Positions 9,080 through 18,640 are shown, numbered from the stretch's first letter. The stretch is 64,000 nucleotides of DNA from Candidatus Poribacteria bacterium (GCA_965200205.1 CBDAUI010000002.1:319837-383836), one strand, 5' to 3'. The notes: generated by a model from the sequence alone, not told the origin. Made by a program: numbers and translations.

Positions 9080-11977
9080 ATGTTACAAGATGATGTCCAA
9101 TTGATTCGCAGAACTTTATCAGGTGATGAATCTGCATTTGGCCCCTTAGTCCAGAAGCACCAAAAGGGTGTTCACGCGCTTATCTGGCGGAAAATTGGGG
9201 ATTTTCATTATGCTGAAGAACTTACCCAAGATACTTTCCTGCAAGCGTACAAAAAACTCGGGACATTGAAGGATCACAACCATTTTTCTGGGTGGCTCTA
9301 TGTCATCGCCAATCGGCTTTCCATTAATTGGATCCGAAGGCAGAAACGGACGATGCAATCGTTAGAGGCCACTCCGGTCCAAAAGGTTGAGGAATCCTCT
9401 TATAAACATTATATGTTTAATCAACGCGAGACAGGAGCTGCGGAGCAACGCTCTGAAACCGTCAAGAACATTCTTAAAAAACTGCCAGAGAGTGAGCGAA
9501 CGGTGGTAACGCTCTATTATCTCGGCGAGATGACAGCGAAAGAGATTGGCAACTTCTTAGGTGTATCCATAAACACAGTTAAGAGTCGGCTTCGCCGTGG
9601 ACGGGAGCGTCTACAAGAGGCAGAATCCTTAGTCCATGAAGTACTCGGCAGGGTACAATTACCCGCCGATCTGACAGAACGCATTATGCGACAAGTCGCC
9701 GATATTAATCCGATAGTGCCTCCGGCTGGAAAGCCATTGTTACCGTGGGCAGCTTTGGGTACAGCGACAGTTTTGGTGCTGTTGATGTTAGGGACGAGTT
9801 ATCAGTATCTGGCACGCTTTCAGCAGCCCTATAGTTTTGAAGCACAATCTGAACCCACGGTTGAAATCGTTGAGGCACCTATAGTTATTGACACACAAGC
9901 GAAACGGGATTTACGGAACCAAGCGGGACGTTTCGATGCAATGGGTAAAAACCCCGGTGCCGGTCCGCAAGTTTCAGAACCTGTTCTGCTTGCGGCAGCG
10001 CAGATAGAAAAGGAGACGCGGCCATCAGCAAAGCAGCAATGGATACAAGCGAGTGGTCCAGAAGAAGAGCGTTCAGTATCAGATTTATTGGTAAGTTCTT
10101 CGGGAGATGTCTATGCGACTTCAAAAATCGGTATCTACAGATTAGCACCCGATGCTCCGGCGTGGACACCCGTGAGCCCAACTCCACCAGAAGCATCTGT
10201 AGATAACCACGGAATACGGATGGCAGAAGGAAACGATACCTTCTATCTTGTTTTTCCGAATGGCGTGTTCGCTTCAAAAGATAGAGGCGAGACCTGGATA
10301 AAACTTGGCGAGCGTCCGAAGGGAGTTGCTGTTGGCATGGTGGTAACAGATGATGCATTATACCTCGCACTTCGAGATGAAGGCATTTTCCGGTCCACAG
10401 ATGCTGGTAAACAGTGGACACCCCTTAACTACGAAATAGAAGACAGCCGTATTGGTGCAATAGCTGCCGTTGAAAACAGAGTGTTTATCGGGACAAACAA
10501 GGGACTCTATCGTTTGCATTCAGAGACGTGGGTAAAATTACCGGTTACCACGAAAATGGTTCACTCTTTATCTGTCTCCGGAAATAATCTCTATGTCGGG
10601 ACAGGACGCGACCTTTCTCAATTAGACACCCCTGAAGGAAAGCGGGCGCAATTGGAAGAGCTTATGAACAGCATCAATTCCGATGTCCGGAGGTGGGAGG
10701 TTTTCTACTCAACCGATTTGGGTGATTCATGGACCGATATAACGCCAACAAGCGAATCAAACATGATGAAAATCTCGTCGGGTGTTAAAGTTTTGGCAGC
10801 CGGACAGAGTATTCTGATATTAGGAATGGCAAGTTTCCACTCAACCGACGGTGGAAAAACGTGGACAGAATTGGGGCGGGATGCAATGACGTTGGCGGGT
10901 CGAATTCCTGCAGTAGCAGTGAATGAAAAAACCTTCCTCAAGGCCGATGTCCCTGGGCTGATACGCTCAACCGATGGCGGCAAATCGTGGCATTCATTGA
11001 CGAATGGGATAATCAGCACTTCAATACGCAACTTAGTAGGACTGAAAAATGAGTTTTACACAAGTACATCCAAGGGTATTGCAAAATCGGCTGATGGCGG
11101 TGCGTCTTGGAAAAATCTTGACGTGAATTCCGGTGAACTCACCCTGAAACCAGCAGAGAAACCTGACAGTCTGATTTTCCACAAATTAGCAATCGCTGAT
11201 GGTGTACTTTATGGATCTGCAGCGACTTTAGTCCCTGCGCATAAATTGCATATTTACCGTCTCTCGGTGAATCGAAACGGGTTCGTCTCTATCCAAGGGG
11301 TCCCCGCTCTTGCAGCCGCGCCTTCCGCCATGAATATAGTAGATTGGGCAGATAAAACGACCCTTCGCGAAAACTATCCAAGCGCGTTTGCAGTCAGTGG
11401 TGAGACGTTCTATGCGGAATACATGCGGCAGCTGCTCCGGTGGAAACGCGGAGAGTCGGAATGGTTTAATACTGGACTCATAGATACAGACGAATCCTTA
11501 AACAATAAGGGTGACGGTCCGAGGGAGCTTAAACTTGCTGTTTCTGATGAAACCGTCTATGCAGGAAAACGTGATGGTCACCTTTTTCAATCGCTCGACA
11601 GGGGTGATACATGGAAAAACGTGACACCAAACCTACCCTTACGTTTTGAGCGTTTCAACGATATAACCTTCGCGGGTTCAACAGTGTACGTCGCTACTGA
11701 CGCGGGGGTGTTGACATCAGAAGCCGGTGAACGTTGGCACATAATCACGGATACGGAGGGAACACGTACGATCATCAACCAAATAACTGTAGATAACAGG
11801 GTCGTTTATGGTGCAAGTGACGAAACAGCCTATCGCTTGAATCATCGCAACAAATGGGAAAAGATCACGCCAGAAGTGCCAGATAGTGTTACCGCTCTCG
11901 TGGCTAATAACGATAGACTTTATATCACCACTGAACATCGAGGGATGTTCCACATCTCTTTTGAGAAAGGAGAGTAG
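9080..11977 (+). CDS. ECF sigma factor fused via one TM helix to a double BNR/Asp-box beta-propeller ectodomain (paralog 2)
   Basis: Same architecture as 5612..8611. Region 2 DFHYAEELTQDTFLQAYKKL...GWLYVIANRL and region 4 LPESERTVVTLYYLGEMTAKEIGNFLGVSINTVKSRLRRGRERL. TM helix LLPWAALGTATVLVLLMLG. Asp-boxes SKDRGETW, STDAGKQW, STDLGDSW, STDGGKTW, STDGGKSW, SADGGASW, SLDRGDTW. Confidence 0.85.
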   Translation: MLQDDVQLIRRTLSGDESAFGPLVQKHQKGVHALIWRKIGDFHYAEELTQDTFLQAYKKLGTLKDHNHFSGWLYVIANRLSINWIRRQKRTMQSLEATPVQKVEESSYKHYMFNQRETGAAEQRSETVKNILKKLPESERTVVTLYYLGEMTAKEIGNFLGVSINTVKSRLRRGRERLQEAESLVHEVLGRVQLPADLTERIMRQVADINPIVPPAGKPLLPWAALGTATVLVLLMLGTSYQYLARFQQPYSFEAQSEPTVEIVEAPIVIDTQAKRDLRNQAGRFDAMGKNPGAGPQVSEPVLLAAAQIEKETRPSAKQQWIQASGPEEERSVSDLLVSSSGDVYATSKIGIYRLAPDAPAWTPVSPTPPEASVDNHGIRMAEGNDTFYLVFPNGVFASKDRGETWIKLGERPKGVAVGMVVTDDALYLALRDEGIFRSTDAGKQWTPLNYEIEDSRIGAIAAVENRVFIGTNKGLYRLHSETWVKLPVTTKMVHSLSVSGNNLYVGTGRDLSQLDTPEGKRAQLEELMNSINSDVRRWEVFYSTDLGDSWTDITPTSESNMMKISSGVKVLAAGQSILILGMASFHSTDGGKTWTELGRDAMTLAGRIPAVAVNEKTFLKADVPGLIRSTDGGKSWHSLTNGIISTSIRNLVGLKNEFYTSTSKGIAKSADGGASWKNLDVNSGELTLKPAEKPDSLIFHKLAIADGVLYGSAATLVPAHKLHIYRLSVNRNGFVSIQGVPALAAAPSAMNIVDWADKTTLRENYPSAFAVSGETFYAEYMRQLLRWKRGESEWFNTGLIDTDESLNNKGDGPRELKLAVSDETVYAGKRDGHLFQSLDRGDTWKNVTPNLPLRFERFNDITFAGSTVYVATDAGVLTSEAGERWHIITDTEGTRTIINQITVDNRVVYGASDETAYRLNHRNKWEKITPEVPDSVTALVANNDRLYITTEHRGMFHISFEKGE

Positions 11978-12084
11978 GAAATGGGACTCGGCGTAGACGT
12001 GATGATGTTAATTTTCGTGTTCCGAAGCAATTAAGTATCTGGTTTCCACCCGAAAGTTCGCTCGACTTTATACAGGAAATAAAC

Positions 12085-12942
12085 ATGTCAACAATTTTAC
12101 GTGTAACGTTTTTCACACTTTCCGTTTTTTTTATACTTGGCTCCTCAGCTATCTCTGACGATCAGGCGAGCAGTAAAGACGCTGAAGAAGCTGCACGTCA
12201 ATTAATAAGGCGTTCAGAAGTGTTCGCGGAACTGCGTCGAATGTTCCCAAACCCAATCTTAGATGAGGACTTCAAAACCCTAAAACAGGTGACCCGTTCT
12301 AAAGTCTATTTGGATTATCTGAAGTCTGAATTCCCTACAGATGAACCATTTGAGACACTTGAGGCGTTTATTAATGTCGCACCGCCTCCTGTCGAAAAAT
12401 ACCGAGATTTTTTAAATAAACACTTTGAAAACGTAACTGAGGCGGATTTTTTAGGTATTCATCAGTTGACGCTGCTTGAACGGCGTGCAAATATGATGTT
12501 GCTGGCTTCACATGAGACAGGGAATGCCAAGTACCGTCGCGCATCGTCGCAACTATCGGCATTCAAGCTTCTGCCGGACCATTTAAGGCGAAAACTTGAA
12601 ACAATTGATCCTACCACTATTTGGTCATTCCGTCTCAAGCGAGACCACGCAAGACTTTTGTGGGAGTCGCGGTTTCGAGAAGCAGATGGAACAGAACAGA
12701 GGAGGTTCATAGATTTTAGAATGCAATTTGCGTTAGAAACTGAGAAGGCAGACACGGATTGGATACAAGCGAAATTTGAAACCTATGGACAAAATGAAGG
12801 GTTATTATGGATTGCCGTTGAAAACCCAATTCTCATCGGAGAAATTATCGCAAATTTTCCGCCGCCGCGGACAGAACTATTTTTAACTTGGGTTGAACAA
12901 ACGTTTATTTTCAAACTGTTAAGCTTAGATTATACAAAGTAA
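12085..12942 (+). CDS. Secreted protein, family-B paralog 3 (divergent)
   Basis: Signal-like N-terminus VTFFTLSVFFILGSSAIS. KVYLDYLKSEFPTDEPFETLEAFINVAP and NEGLLWIAVENP...LFLTWVEQ are colinear with the family-B motifs. Confidence 0.6.
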   Translation: MSTILRVTFFTLSVFFILGSSAISDDQASSKDAEEAARQLIRRSEVFAELRRMFPNPILDEDFKTLKQVTRSKVYLDYLKSEFPTDEPFETLEAFINVAPPPVEKYRDFLNKHFENVTEADFLGIHQLTLLERRANMMLLASHETGNAKYRRASSQLSAFKLLPDHLRRKLETIDPTTIWSFRLKRDHARLLWESRFREADGTEQRRFIDFRMQFALETEKADTDWIQAKFETYGQNEGLLWIAVENPILIGEIIANFPPPRTELFLTWVEQTFIFKLLSLDYTK

Positions 12943-12955
12943 GGGGTGACATCTT

Positions 12956-13990
12956 ATGTGGAAAGGTTTTCTAATTCTTGGATTACTCCTCACAGTGGTA
13001 GCCGGGTACCTCTTTTGGGCAAGCCATCGCGAACAGAATATGCAGCAGGTCGTGCCGGGTTCCGCTACTGTTGAAGAACGTACAATAGGTGATAGTCCGG
13101 AAATCCGTACTAAAAAGATAGAGACCGATGTTCAAAAAACTCAAGAACTCAGCCAACCGTTGGATCCCGATAGCACATCAGAACCAGAAATGACGGATCG
13201 GGATAAAAAAATAGCAGCACTTGAGAAGACCCCCGAGTATGCAGCTTTTTTAGAAAAGAAATCGGGTAGTTTGTATGATCTGCTTGACTTTTATGCGTCC
13301 CACGGAATAGAGGTTGACAAAAACGCTTACCATGTGTTATTTGACAGGATTTTTAAAGAGAACTTTCCGGGTGAGACCCCAGCATCTGTTGAACCGAAGC
13401 TGCGACAAAAGTTGATTAATCGCCTCAGCGCAAGCGATACAGATGACGATTTGTACGTGGTGATGGATTTTATCGTGGACGAAAAGCATAGCGCTTGGGG
13501 CAGCTTGCATTTTGAAACTGATAGCGTTGCCTACTCTAATTGGGTAATGGGGGTTCTAAATAATCACCAGTCAACCGCAGCCGAGCCTGTTATCGTAGAA
13601 ACAGTGCCAAATATTTTACCTACGGAGGGCGGATCTTCTAATGCGCGTTCATTGGACGATATTGGCGCGACCTCCTCAGAACAACGCCCTATTCCAAGCA
13701 CAGAGCCACCTGTTCTTGAGGCAGGCGATGTACTTACCGAAAGTGGCACCGACATTGACGCAGAATTCCGAGAACTGATCGAATCAACGCTCTCGGAAGC
13801 ACCGAAATTGCCCACTTCGGTTGAATTTGAAAAGCGTCTTCGTGAAAGTTTTTCGCCAAATCGATTTAACGCCGCAATGCAAACCTTGAATCGTTACGGA
13901 CTCAAAGATGGACTTCGTAGACTTAAAGCATCAGACCCAGAGGTTGGGAAACACTTTGAACGCTTCATACAAGCGGAGCAGGAGAATTAA
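12956..13990 (+). CDS. Membrane-anchored acidic protein, family-A paralog
   Basis: AAGGGG plus ATG, 13 nt after the previous stop. TM helix FLILGLLLTVVAGYLFWA, then an acidic/Ser-Thr-Pro-rich middle. The C-terminal 40 aa match the C-terminus of 1..524. Confidence 0.7.
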   Translation: MWKGFLILGLLLTVVAGYLFWASHREQNMQQVVPGSATVEERTIGDSPEIRTKKIETDVQKTQELSQPLDPDSTSEPEMTDRDKKIAALEKTPEYAAFLEKKSGSLYDLLDFYASHGIEVDKNAYHVLFDRIFKENFPGETPASVEPKLRQKLINRLSASDTDDDLYVVMDFIVDEKHSAWGSLHFETDSVAYSNWVMGVLNNHQSTAAEPVIVETVPNILPTEGGSSNARSLDDIGATSSEQRPIPSTEPPVLEAGDVLTESGTDIDAEFRELIESTLSEAPKLPTSVEFEKRLRESFSPNRFNAAMQTLNRYGLKDGLRRLKASDPEVGKHFERFIQAEQEN

Positions 13991-14155
13991 GGATGGAAGG
14001 GATACGGCTTTTCAACAGAGGTTGTCCCCCATCGTGAGTTTCACTGCCTACGTCTGATTATTAAGAGTCTTTCTGAAAGGGGTGCCCCTTTTCTGATTGA
14101 GTTCACTAAAAAAAGAAAATTGTCCAAACTTTAATCAACCGAGGTCAAAACAATT

Positions 14156-16564
14156 ATGAAATTAAAATTAATCCCTTTTCTGTTTGCGTTCATGGTGCCT
14201 CTTTCCGTCCTCTCGCAAACAGGTGACATTCAAGGGACTGTCTATCAACGAAGCACGGAGACTCCTTTGGCAAGTGCTGACGTGCATATTACCGAAACAG
14301 GACAGACGCAAAAAACTGATGAAAACGGTGTCTTTCAATTCACAGAACTCGCCGAAGGCACCTACACTTTTATTGTTACTCACTCGTTTGAACCGCAACC
14401 TACAGAAATCTCCGTTACGATCAGCAGCGGTGATACCACCGAAATCAAAATATACTTAGGCGAGGCAGTTAAATTAGAAACAATTGTTGTAGAAGGGAAA
14501 CGCCTACCCCCCACGATCAGTCGCACGGAGATTCGTGGGAGTGAACTGCTACGTATTCCCGGTGCTGCCAACGATGCGCTCAAGGGTCTGACGACGCTTC
14601 CGAGCATCGGTATTCCAAATGATTACTTCGGGGTCCTGTATATCCGTGGCAGTGAGCCGGGATCAAATTTGTATTATCTCGACCGAACACCACTCGGCTA
14701 TCCGTTCCACTGGGGCGGCTTACTGTCAACGATCAGCTCAGAAACGATTGAAACAATTGGCATCTACCCAGGCGGATACGGCGCGGAATTCGGGTTGGAT
14801 TCGCAATCTGTGCTTGACATCCGAGCACGGGATAGTCTTGACGAACGGTTGAATGGAAAATTTAATCTCAATATATTTTATTCTGAGGGATTGCTTGAAG
14901 GGAAAATAGGCAAAAATGGGTATATTTCTGTCTCAGGACGGCGGAGTTACTATGATCTCATCGCCGGACCGCTTTATGAAAGCCAGACAGGTAACACACA
15001 ACAGTTTCCTTTCTCTTCTGATTATCAATTCAAATTTGCTTATCCGATCACCGAACGTCACTATCTAACAATTAATGCCTTCGCTGCGACCGACCATTTT
15101 CATTTTGAAGCAGAAGAACCAGACGATGAAGTAGACATTGCCCCAATTGACTTTACTACCTTTTTTAATAACGGTTTCAACGGACAGGGTATCCATCTCC
15201 GTTCAAACTTCACCGACGATCTCACATCCTATTTGTCCTTTACCCGCTCATTCAATTATCTTGATATAGACGCAGATATCATTTCCTCAGAGACTATCGT
15301 TACAGATGAACAGGGTGAACTCATCGCTGAATCTAAAGATTTCATTAAGTATAACGTAAAGGTTAACGTCCCCGTCTATACCCTCCGCGAAGACGTGTCC
15401 TACAAACTAACGCCTACACTCCAACTTGAACCCGGGTTTCTCCTGGCGTTCAGTCCGGCAAACAGTACGGAGCATGCCAGTTTTCCGGCATTTGAAGAAG
15501 AAGTGCCAGATGACGAGACGGTGAGCGAACTGCTTGAAACAGATCCAACAAAAGTAAGATTTGATGATGATGGAAATGCCCGGATACGCAGTACGAAAAC
15601 AAGAGATTACGAATTCGGACACGATTTACAACGTGCTGAAGGTTATCTCCAAACACGATACGACCCGCTGCCAATGCTTTCAGTTGCTTTAGGGGTTCGG
15701 CTTGATTACTTAGATGTGATAGAGCAGCTTTCGGTTCAACCGCGTGGGAGTATTAGTATCAAACTCCCGATCGGTTCTAACCTCCGGTTTGCTTACGGGC
15801 ACTACGAGCAGAGTCCGCAACTTTCTCAGCTCCTATCAGAGGATGGGAATCCTGCTTTGAAATCGAGTCTTGCACGTCACTATATCATGGAGTTGGAACA
15901 TGAACTCTCCTCTCAAACAGAATTTAGGTTCGCTACTTATTACAAAGATACCCGAAACTTGATAACCGAGGATGACGTATCCAATTTCCTCAATCAAGGG
16001 ACTGCTATTGTCGGTGGGATAGAGGCGTTTCTACGGCATCGGATTCCAGATAAGTTCTTTGGCTGGATTTCCTATGCCTACACGCACGCAGAGCGACGAG
16101 AAAATCCTGATGTTGTGTACCAACCGTATCTTTTTGATAACACACATATCGTTAGCATTGTGGCAAACTATAACTTCAATCCCGATTTCGAGATTGGTGC
16201 GAAGTGGCAGTACCTAAGCGGAACATCCGAGGCACCAATTAGTACATTGATTCTTATTCAAGACCCTGTGACGCGCGGGTTAAATCCACTCTTCGCAGGT
16301 CTCGACCGGGCTTTGAGTGCCGAACTGACACCCTATCACAAATTAGATTTACGCATCAGCCATAAATGGAACATTCGGGGTGTGAAGATCGGAGGATTTA
16401 TCGAAGTGCTGAATGTCTACAATCGTAAAAATACGATCAAGTTTATACTTGAAGAAGGGACATTTGAGGTTCAGGGTGAGGAACTTGAAATTGAAGAGCG
16501 GGAAGTTGGGGAAGGCAGTCAACTTCCGTTGCTGCCGTATTTTGGATTGACGCTTGAATTTTGA
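14156..16564 (+). CDS. TonB-dependent receptor-like outer-membrane protein with an N-terminal carboxypeptidase-regulatory-like domain
   Basis: Signal peptide MKLKLIPFLFAFMVPLSVLSQ. Beta-sandwich GDIQGTVYQ...ENGVFQFTELAEGTYTFIV. Plug-like TIVVEGKR...ELLRIPGAANDALKGLTTLPS. Roughly 650-aa barrel ending in ...GLTLEF (terminal Phe). Confidence 0.8.
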   Translation: MKLKLIPFLFAFMVPLSVLSQTGDIQGTVYQRSTETPLASADVHITETGQTQKTDENGVFQFTELAEGTYTFIVTHSFEPQPTEISVTISSGDTTEIKIYLGEAVKLETIVVEGKRLPPTISRTEIRGSELLRIPGAANDALKGLTTLPSIGIPNDYFGVLYIRGSEPGSNLYYLDRTPLGYPFHWGGLLSTISSETIETIGIYPGGYGAEFGLDSQSVLDIRARDSLDERLNGKFNLNIFYSEGLLEGKIGKNGYISVSGRRSYYDLIAGPLYESQTGNTQQFPFSSDYQFKFAYPITERHYLTINAFAATDHFHFEAEEPDDEVDIAPIDFTTFFNNGFNGQGIHLRSNFTDDLTSYLSFTRSFNYLDIDADIISSETIVTDEQGELIAESKDFIKYNVKVNVPVYTLREDVSYKLTPTLQLEPGFLLAFSPANSTEHASFPAFEEEVPDDETVSELLETDPTKVRFDDDGNARIRSTKTRDYEFGHDLQRAEGYLQTRYDPLPMLSVALGVRLDYLDVIEQLSVQPRGSISIKLPIGSNLRFAYGHYEQSPQLSQLLSEDGNPALKSSLARHYIMELEHELSSQTEFRFATYYKDTRNLITEDDVSNFLNQGTAIVGGIEAFLRHRIPDKFFGWISYAYTHAERRENPDVVYQPYLFDNTHIVSIVANYNFNPDFEIGAKWQYLSGTSEAPISTLILIQDPVTRGLNPLFAGLDRALSAELTPYHKLDLRISHKWNIRGVKIGGFIEVLNVYNRKNTIKFILEEGTFEVQGEELEIEEREVGEGSQLPLLPYFGLTLEF

Positions 16565-16634
16565 TTTTAATTGATTTTTTTCATAGCCTTCAGATTAAAT
16601 AAATCCTGTAGGCTATTTTTATTGGAGCAAAGAA

Positions 16635-18476
16635 ATGGATACCAACAACACACATTCCCCCAACACAGCATCAGAATCTCGCCCGTCTGCGCTAAAGACG
16701 CTGCGCCATTTTTTCTTTGTCGCGTGGCGCGCCAGCCGATTCGGCGCAATCGCGCAAGCACTCCTAACACTTGTACACGGGTGTATTCCGATAGGGATCC
16801 TCTGGGCAAGCCGGGAACTGGTGAACCTCATCGCCGCTTTTCTCGATCAGGAAGCAGATTTAAGCTTAGAAACCGCAGCACCATGGGTGGCAGCACTTGT
16901 GCTTTTGGCAATGTTCAGAAATATAGCAGGCACTTGTGATGGCTATCTGCAATGGAAGATGAAAAACCTTATCGGACTCCACCAGCAGGGTGCCTTACTT
17001 GAGGCAATAACGCATATCGACTTTGCCGTTTTTGATCAACCGCAGACGTACGATCTGATACAACGCGCGCGACAGGCACTGGGGCATCGGCTCACGAACC
17101 TGCTGCGATTTATAACGGAGATTGGGCAACTCTGCGTGACATTGGCAGGGTACGGGGTCCTCCTATGGATAGCGGATCCACTGCTGGTACTCGTAGTCGT
17201 GTTACCCGCGCTACCCTCCGCTTGGATTAAAGTTAGAGCAGCCGAAGAAAGATACAGCCACGATTACGCAGCGACACCTGTACGGCGTATGATGGATTAT
17301 ATGCTGAGTTTATTGCTCGGCACTTCCTCCGGACAGGAAGTGCGACTCTACGGTCTTTTCAATCTGCTTTTCGGACGCTGGCGAACGAACCACCAAAAAT
17401 GGAAGGAAGAATCGCTTGCAAAGATCTGGACGGAAGCGAGAGCCTCTATCGGTACAACTATCGCTGAAATGATTGCTTATGCAGTCGCGATTGGCATCCT
17501 CGCTGCACGTATTGTGGACGGCAACCTCACGCTTGGAGATTATGTGGTTCTTACCGGTGCCGCTGCGTTCTTCCAGGGAGATTTGGAGGGATTGCTTAGA
17601 CAAATACAAAAAATACTTGAAGACGTACCCTTGTTGCGTGATTTGCATCTCCTCTTAGAACGCGGAAAAACCGCGCGTACGCAGTCAGGAACCGAGATAT
17701 TCCCGCAGCCCCTACAGCATGGCGTAGAGGTCCGCAATTTACGCTTCAACTATCCGGGAGCGACCAACGATGTGTTACAAGACATAAACTTTCATGTGCA
17801 TCCCGGCGAGATCATTAGCATCGTAGGGGTTAACGGTGCCGGCAAATCGACACTTATTAAACTACTGCTCGGATTATACCAGCCCAATGATGGCACAATC
17901 CGCTATGATGAGAAAAATATCGCCGCAATTGCCCCGGAACAGATAGCCCTTAACTGTGCCGCCGTTTTCCAAGACTTTGCGAGATTCCGCAGACCTGTGC
18001 GTGAGGAATTGGTGCCAGGGCCCCCGAACCTCCACATTGACGACGCGGCACTCAGGCGCGTCATCAATGCGGTTGGCATCGAGGAACGTTTTCAAACCTT
18101 GCCGCGCGGCTTGGATACATTCTTGGACCCTTCACTCGGCGAAGAAGGTGAAGGTGCAGAGTTATCTGGTGGTGAATGGCAAAAAGTCGCACTTGCGCGG
18201 GCTTTGGTCAGGAATCCGCAAGTTCTCGTCCTTGACGAACCGACTGCAGCGTTGGACCCACAAGCCGAAGTCGAACTCTATCAACGTTTTGTTGAACTTG
18301 CGGCGGGACGGATGACATTCCTGATTTCACACCGAATCGGCTCCGCGCGTCTCGCTGATCGGATCTTGGTGTTAGATGAAGGACGTATTGTTGAAGACGG
18401 CACACACGAGGCATTACTTGCCCAAAATGGACTCTACGCCAGATTTTTTCAAGCACAAGCACACTGGTATCAATAG
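16635..18476 (+). CDS. ABC exporter, fused permease/ATP-binding half-transporter (1 of 2)
   Basis: N-terminal multi-TM domain. Walker A GVNGAGKST, signature LSGGEWQKVALARAL, Walker B VLVLDEPTAALD, H-loop LISHR. Confidence 0.9.
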   Translation: MDTNNTHSPNTASESRPSALKTLRHFFFVAWRASRFGAIAQALLTLVHGCIPIGILWASRELVNLIAAFLDQEADLSLETAAPWVAALVLLAMFRNIAGTCDGYLQWKMKNLIGLHQQGALLEAITHIDFAVFDQPQTYDLIQRARQALGHRLTNLLRFITEIGQLCVTLAGYGVLLWIADPLLVLVVVLPALPSAWIKVRAAEERYSHDYAATPVRRMMDYMLSLLLGTSSGQEVRLYGLFNLLFGRWRTNHQKWKEESLAKIWTEARASIGTTIAEMIAYAVAIGILAARIVDGNLTLGDYVVLTGAAAFFQGDLEGLLRQIQKILEDVPLLRDLHLLLERGKTARTQSGTEIFPQPLQHGVEVRNLRFNYPGATNDVLQDINFHVHPGEIISIVGVNGAGKSTLIKLLLGLYQPNDGTIRYDEKNIAAIAPEQIALNCAAVFQDFARFRRPVREELVPGPPNLHIDDAALRRVINAVGIEERFQTLPRGLDTFLDPSLGEEGEGAELSGGEWQKVALARALVRNPQVLVLDEPTAALDPQAEVELYQRFVELAAGRMTFLISHRIGSARLADRILVLDEGRIVEDGTHEALLAQNGLYARFFQAQAHWYQ

Positions 18477-18505
18477 GAATCGCTCACAAAAATGGAACCG
18501 CCTGT

Positions 18506-18532
18506 CTTGACCGAACCGCAAGGAATAATTAA
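18506..18532. repeat. 27-nt direct repeat, copy 1 (CTTGACCGAACCGCAAGGAATAATTAA)
   Basis: Identical to 18611-18637. Confidence 0.9.
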
Positions 18533-18610
18533 TCAGGATAATTCCAAAAACCGAGTTCGGAATGGAATGGAGAACGGCTCTACGGAAGTGGATAGCAAAT
18601 ACCAATTCGA

Positions 18611-18637
18611 CTTGACCGAACCGCAAGGAATAATTAA
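18611..18637. repeat. 27-nt direct repeat, copy 2, supplying the RBS region of 18641..20527
   Basis: Identical to 18506-18532. It ends 3 nt before the ATG at 18641 and contains an AAGGA Shine-Dalgarno. Confidence 0.9.
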
Positions 18638-18640
18638 AAA

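Noticed and set aside
9885-10421. 178-aa minus-strand ORF. Similar long antisense ORFs occur at 57468..58043, 41701..42261, 44491..44949, 44757..45233, 20660..21091, 21768..22262 and 6281..6607.
   Set aside because: All are embedded opposite confidently called genes or span non-coding spacers. They have no RBS or motif support.
12045-12074. TCCACCC...TATACAGG upstream of 12085 as a fourth copy of the 51-nt element
   Set aside because: The spacing is 24 nt instead of 34, and most conserved positions are missing.
16571-16939. 122-aa ORF overlapping the start of the first exporter gene
   Set aside because: It is in a different frame from the motif-supported ABC gene and has an Arg/Ser-rich shadow-frame composition.
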